A DNA stretch of 64,000 nt from an uncultured Saprospiraceae bacterium (GTDB lineage Bacteria; Bacteroidota; Bacteroidia; Chitinophagales; Saprospiraceae): NCBI GenBank assembly GCA_964414425.1, contig CAYPWL010000007.1, positions 20,789 through 84,788 of the forward strand, in the 5' to 3' direction. The position numbers and the translations under genes are program-made. The notes under the pieces are model-generated. The model was not told where the DNA came from. It saw only the letters and a list, made by a program, of their open reading frames with translations, and did no database searches. This document shows, one piece after another, positions 60,248 through 64,000 of this stretch (positions are counted from its first letter, which is position 1; every line of letters starts with the position of its first letter).

Positions 60248-61030
60248 TTGACTTCCAAAGGATTATTTTGGAAGCTTGCGGTTAAAGATTCTCCGCAGCG
60301 ATACTCTGTCTTGTTTGGCACTATACATCTGTCTATTGATTCGCAGGACTTGCGTGATAAGATTGTGAGGTGGATAGATGAGTTTGATCATGTATATACA
60401 GAGACATCGCTGAATGCCGACGGCCAAGCTCTCATCGCACCTCATGTCACTGTAACACGGACGAAGTGGGACGAATACTTTAATCATAATCAGCAAAAAC
60501 GAATTACTCAGATACTGAAGAGGACATATCAGATAGACTTTGCGCAAGTCAAGCATCTTCGCCCGATGTTTATTATGTCCATGATTTATTCTCACTTAGG
60601 GGATATGAATAGTGGAGATAAGTTAGATCAGTTTATCTGGAACTATGCCTCTCAAGAAGGGAGGGCTACTTATGGTATCGAATCGATCCATCGTCAAGTG
60701 GAAATATTAAAGTCTATACCGATCGAACTTGACTTCATTCAATTTAGGAGATGGACGCGCAACGTGACCAAGATGAATCACTACTTTAAAAAGATGTTGA
60801 GCTTATATCTCATGGAAAACATACATCAACTCTCCAAGCTCTCAGCCGAGCAAATGCCTTCTATCAAAAGCTTACTGATAACCGAGAGGAATGAGCAAAT
60901 GACGAGGACGATCATAGAGGAACATCAGAAACATCCTGGATTCTTTTCATTTGGTGCTGGGCATCTCGGAGGAAGAAATGGTGTGCTCAGTATACTCAAG
61001 CGCAAAGGCTTTATAATCGAACGTATCTGA
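60248..61030 (+). CDS. TraB/GumN-family protein
   Basis: LFGTIHL near the N-terminus and FFSFGAGHLGG..GVL..L...G near the C-terminus, both typical of TraB/GumN. TTG start. Confidence 0.7.
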   Translation: MTSKGLFWKLAVKDSPQRYSVLFGTIHLSIDSQDLRDKIVRWIDEFDHVYTETSLNADGQALIAPHVTVTRTKWDEYFNHNQQKRITQILKRTYQIDFAQVKHLRPMFIMSMIYSHLGDMNSGDKLDQFIWNYASQEGRATYGIESIHRQVEILKSIPIELDFIQFRRWTRNVTKMNHYFKKMLSLYLMENIHQLSKLSAEQMPSIKSLLITERNEQMTRTIIEEHQKHPGFFSFGAGHLGGRNGVLSILKRKGFIIERI

Positions 61031-61073
61031 TCTGCACATCTTAACGTAATTTTGTAATCTTAACTTAGCGTCT

Positions 61074-61430
61074 ATGAAAGAAGTCGAAATTAAACTTAAG
61101 ATCAAATTGGATGATACCAATGTCCCGCAAGAAATCATGTGGGCCAGTGATGATCCGCCTTCTAAAGGCAACTTTGCTTCTACTAAGGGCTTTTTCTTAT
61201 CACTATTTGACGAGAAATCACTTGAGACTCTTAAAATAGACTTGTGGACTGCTAAGCTTGAAGTTGGAGAGATGAATAGGTTATGCTACTATGCCCTAAA
61301 GGGTATGGCGGATAGCTACTATAACGCCACTAAGAATCAGCAACACGCTAATGACTTGGCGAGGTTTTCCCAATACTTTGGCGAAGAAACAGGCGTGCTG
61401 AAGAAGGCTCCATCACCGGAACAGCCCTAA
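61074..61430 (+). CDS. gldC: Gliding motility protein GldC
   Basis: Size (118 aa) and blocks I.L.I.LD...VP..I.W.A.D, ETL.IDLWT and MADSY..AT match my recollection of Flavobacterium GldC. Confidence 0.75.
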   Translation: MKEVEIKLKIKLDDTNVPQEIMWASDDPPSKGNFASTKGFFLSLFDEKSLETLKIDLWTAKLEVGEMNRLCYYALKGMADSYYNATKNQQHANDLARFSQYFGEETGVLKKAPSPEQP

Positions 61431-62243
61431 CTGCCATCTCGCTCTAAATGGCCATAACTTCACATCGATTGACTCATGGATAGAAGGCTTCTTGCTAAGT
61501 ATACCATAGAAAAAGAGATCAATGCTTAGGTTATAGCGTTGAGACGACTTTAGTTCTTCCCAAGCTTTAATCATGCCTTTAGACCAGTATATATCATCCA
61601 TGATGATTACTCCAGCTGGATGAAGTAACCGTTCAAACTGGTCTATATAGTTTAGCGTTGGGGCATACTGGTGATGCCCGTCTAAGACTATGCAATCATA
61701 GCGATTACCTTTTTCGATTTCCTGAGTTAAGAAGTGTTGGAAACTATCCGTGTGAAACCGAATCTTTTCGCTGTGTTTATTCTGCTCATTGACTGTGGAG
61801 ATTGATTGAGAGCCCTCAACAGTAACTATTGTTGATACTTTTTCGACGGCTGCGATATATGCTGTGCTGATGGCAAGGCTGGTGCCGAGTTCTAATATAC
61901 TTATTGCATCAGACCACTCTATGATACTTTTTAAGAGCACGCATTTGTACTGAGGTGATACTGCAGATCTTGCGATCTGACGGATACTCACCATATCACT
62001 ACCTAACATCGTAGATGGTGCTCCGAGAGATTCTTTATTGATTTTGCTATCATCTTTGAGTAGAGCTCGTCTTCTTTTTTCTACACCGATAATTTTAGCA
62101 GTATTTGTTTTTGAGGTTCTGATTATGGATGAGAGCTGGTATAATAGGGGAGAGTCAATCGAATCTATAGACTTGGCACGGCTCCAGAATTGAAAGAAGC
62201 TGACGGTAATCTGCAATTTAGCCGATATGCTATCGAGAGTCAT
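61413..62243 (-). CDS. Class I SAM-dependent methyltransferase (O-methyltransferase family 3-like)
   Basis: ILELGTSLAISTAYIA (motif I-like), YDCIVLDG and GVIIMDDIYW. The substrate is unknown. Its 3' end overlaps gldC by 18 nt (convergent). Confidence 0.6.
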   Translation of the reverse strand: MTLDSISAKLQITVSFFQFWSRAKSIDSIDSPLLYQLSSIIRTSKTNTAKIIGVEKRRRALLKDDSKINKESLGAPSTMLGSDMVSIRQIARSAVSPQYKCVLLKSIIEWSDAISILELGTSLAISTAYIAAVEKVSTIVTVEGSQSISTVNEQNKHSEKIRFHTDSFQHFLTQEIEKGNRYDCIVLDGHHQYAPTLNYIDQFERLLHPAGVIIMDDIYWSKGMIKAWEELKSSQRYNLSIDLFFYGILSKKPSIHESIDVKLWPFRARWQLGLFR

Positions 62244-62271
62244 ATACTAATAATGGGTGATTGCGGTAATC

Positions 62272-62301
62272 AAAAAAAAGGACCGATGCATGCATCAGTC
62301 C
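62272..62301 (-). terminator. Intrinsic terminator downstream of tRNA-His
   Basis: The minus strand reads GGACTGATGC/GCATCGGTCC (palindromic stem with one U-G) followed by T8. Confidence 0.6.
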
Positions 62302-62310
62302 TTAAAAAAG

Positions 62311-62385
62311 GGTGAAAGATGGGTCTCGAACCCACGACCTCCGGAACCACAAACCGGCGCTCTAACCAACTGAGCTACAATCACC
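62311..62385 (-). tRNA. tRNA-His (anticodon GTG) with genome-encoded G-1; CCA not encoded
   Basis: The minus strand folds as a cloverleaf. D arm is GCTC/GAGC with AGTTGGTTA loop. Anticodon loop is TTGTGGT. T arm is GTGGG-TTCGAGA-CCCAT, the same T-stem as E. coli tRNA-His. G-1 lies opposite C73. U-U mismatches occur at 5-68, 6-67 and 31-39. Confidence 0.85.
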
Positions 62386-62490
62386 GTAATTGAGCTGCAA
62401 ATTAAACTATACTCAGCTGAATAATCAAAATAATACGTGCCGAATCACAACTTTAGCACAGTAATTGACTATTAAAATATTGTGAGACCT

Positions 62491-63072
62491 ATGTCCCACT
62501 TAAAAGAATCCTTAGTTTTGTGGATTATGCAAACGGAAGACGACGTTATTCTTGCCCTACTTTCTGATGGAGATCAAAAGTCAATTGATCTACTTTTCGA
62601 TAAGTATTACACCTATCTATGTAATGTGGTATATCGTGTCATTAATGATGCTGATTATGCCGAAGACATAGTCCAAGAGATCTTCACAGATATATGGCGC
62701 AAGCGAGAAAGCATCAACGTACAATCCTCTTTAAGAGCTTATCTTAGAAGAGCTTCAGTGAATAGATCTCTTAACCATATCCGTAAGCAGCGGATGAAGT
62801 TTGACGAGAACGAGGAAGCCATCATCGATATAGAATCTAACACTATAAATGGTCAACAAGGAATGGAGAGAGATGAGTTGGAACAGCGGATACATGATTG
62901 TATTGATGCGCTACCACCTAAGTGTAAACTTGTCTTTAGCCTGAGTAGATTTGAGAATATGTCTTATCAAGAGATTGCCGATCACTTAGAGATATCAATC
63001 AAAACAGTTGAAAATCAGATTTCCAAGGCGCTCAGAATTTTACGTAATAGTATACAACCTTACACGGTATGA
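62491..63072 (+). CDS. ECF-type RNA polymerase sigma factor (Bacteroidota expansion family)
   Basis: Region 2 is AEDIVQEIFTDIWRKRE and region 4 is MSYQEIADHLEISIKTVENQISKALRILR. The start is ambiguous: GTG 62482, ATG 62491 or ATG 62527. Confidence 0.85.
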   Translation: MSHLKESLVLWIMQTEDDVILALLSDGDQKSIDLLFDKYYTYLCNVVYRVINDADYAEDIVQEIFTDIWRKRESINVQSSLRAYLRRASVNRSLNHIRKQRMKFDENEEAIIDIESNTINGQQGMERDELEQRIHDCIDALPPKCKLVFSLSRFENMSYQEIADHLEISIKTVENQISKALRILRNSIQPYTV

Positions 63073-63153
63073 AAATAAATGGAATAAAATTTCATGAAAG
63101 CGTAGGGGGGGTGGGCAAAACCGCTGTCTTCACTATATAACCTTAATTTAATC

Positions 63154-64000
63154 ATGGCAAATCTAAAAATGTATAGTTTACTACACAAGAAGGCCACCGG
63201 GCAGCTCAACCCAGCAGAATTAGCTGAGTTAAAGCAACTTGAAAATGAAGCGAATTTTGCCGACATCAGCAAAGATGTTGAGCAGATTTGGATAGCGAGT
63301 AAAGATTACTACCCGAAAAAGTCTTTTGATGTAAGTGCAGCTAAAGCTAAGTTCAAGAAGAACATAGCGGCAGAAGCCCCCAAAGTTGCTGAAAAAGCAA
63401 CACCAATTAAAGAAAACAAACCTGTAATTACTGATTCATCCAGTTCTAAATGGATCATAGGTGCTGTAGGCCTCTTATTATTAGCGGCTCTATCCTATTT
63501 CCTATGGCCAAAAAATACGGATGGCTTACAACAAGTAGAAACAGTTCAAGCAGAAAATAATATTGAGTACGCTAAACTTGATGACAATACGGAAGTATGG
63601 CTTCAAGAGGGTACAATCTTGAAAGTAGGCGATTTTAATGCCGATGGAACAAGAAAAGTAAGTATCGAAGGAGAAGCTTTCTTCGATGTAACTCATAATC
63701 CAGACAAACCTTTTATTGTAGGTATGGGTGATGGCAAATTTGCCGAGGTAATGGGTACATCATTCAACATTATTTCAGATTTGGGTGATGAGACTTCCCA
63801 AGTAGATGTTAAGACAGGTACAGTTAAAGTGTACAATGAGAATGATCCTAAAGTATCAACGATACTCACAGCAGGAGAGTCTACTACGATCAACGCATCT
63901 TCTAAAACATTAGAAAAAACAAGTGATTCAGAGATTTATACCTTACTGGGCACATCGTTGAGCTTCAAGGAGAAGAGTTTGGATCACATTTTTGACAAGT
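63154..64000 (+). CDS. FecR-family anti-sigma factor / sensor, N-terminal part (runs off the window)
   Basis: My own translation from the ATG at 63154 is open to base 64000. It gives an N-terminal anti-sigma helix region, one TM helix (WIIGAVGLLLLAALSYFLW) and then a FecR domain (GEAFFDVTHNPDKPFIV...VMGTSFNI). It is absent from the ORF track because no stop lies in the window. Confidence 0.8.
   Translation, partial: MANLKMYSLLHKKATGQLNPAELAELKQLENEANFADISKDVEQIWIASKDYYPKKSFDVSAAKAKFKKNIAAEAPKVAEKATPIKENKPVITDSSSSKWIIGAVGLLLLAALSYFLWPKNTDGLQQVETVQAENNIEYAKLDDNTEVWLQEGTILKVGDFNADGTRKVSIEGEAFFDVTHNPDKPFIVGMGDGKFAEVMGTSFNIISDLGDETSQVDVKTGTVKVYNENDPKVSTILTAGESTTINASSKTLEKTSDSEIYTLLGTSLSFKEKSLDHIFDK

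Noticed and set aside
62244-62490. The tRNA-His locus as an integration hotspot or genomic-island border.
   Set aside because: No integrase, no transposase and no repeat of the tRNA 3' end is visible nearby. The flanking genes are ordinary (a methyltransferase and an ECF sigma/FecR pair).

Overview
AT-rich chromosomal segment that I infer to be from a member of the Bacteroidota. The inference rests on a short (about 290 aa) primary sigma factor, GldC, PorP/SprF, type-B T9SS C-terminal domains, a long YidC, an ECF-sigma/FecR pair and bacillithiol genes. I cannot name a genus. Gene density is high: about 55 protein genes and one tRNA-His. I saw no rRNA, CRISPR array, transposase, integrase or prophage signal.

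Most of the window is core housekeeping: rpoD, rplS, rpsP, hemL, hemE, dusB, cca, gpsA, yidC, corA, nrdBA, yajC, fba, dnaG, dapB, accD, purM-like, purB, ppk1 and tpiA.

The non-housekeeping content is two large PKD/Ig-repeat surface proteins with gliding-motility-type (type B) T9SS sorting domains.
- One (1,877 aa) lies in a tight three-gene block behind a PorP/SprF-like gene and a PorE-like (TPR / TolB-type propeller / CarboxypepD_reg / OmpA_C) gene.
- It contains about 2.3 tandem copies of an approximately 270-aa unit.
- It shares a Cys-rich, roughly 300-aa N-terminal module with the second cargo protein (781 aa).

Smaller unexplained signals:
- an imperfect 134-bp-period direct repeat in the 438-bp gap upstream of the PorP-like gene;
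- a cluster of DnaA-box-like 9-mers in the unusually long nrdB leader;
- a strong minus-strand intrinsic terminator with no minus-strand gene to terminate (sRNA candidate);
- a DUF2130-type protein that reads as CxxC / coiled coil / PD-(D/E)xK nuclease, next to a membrane-anchored coiled-coil protein;
- a tRNA-His with U-U mismatches in its stems.

I found no clear-cut, self-contained novel system. The T9SS cargo module is the best candidate and is only partly novel. All product calls come from motif recognition by eye on the supplied translations. No database search was run.
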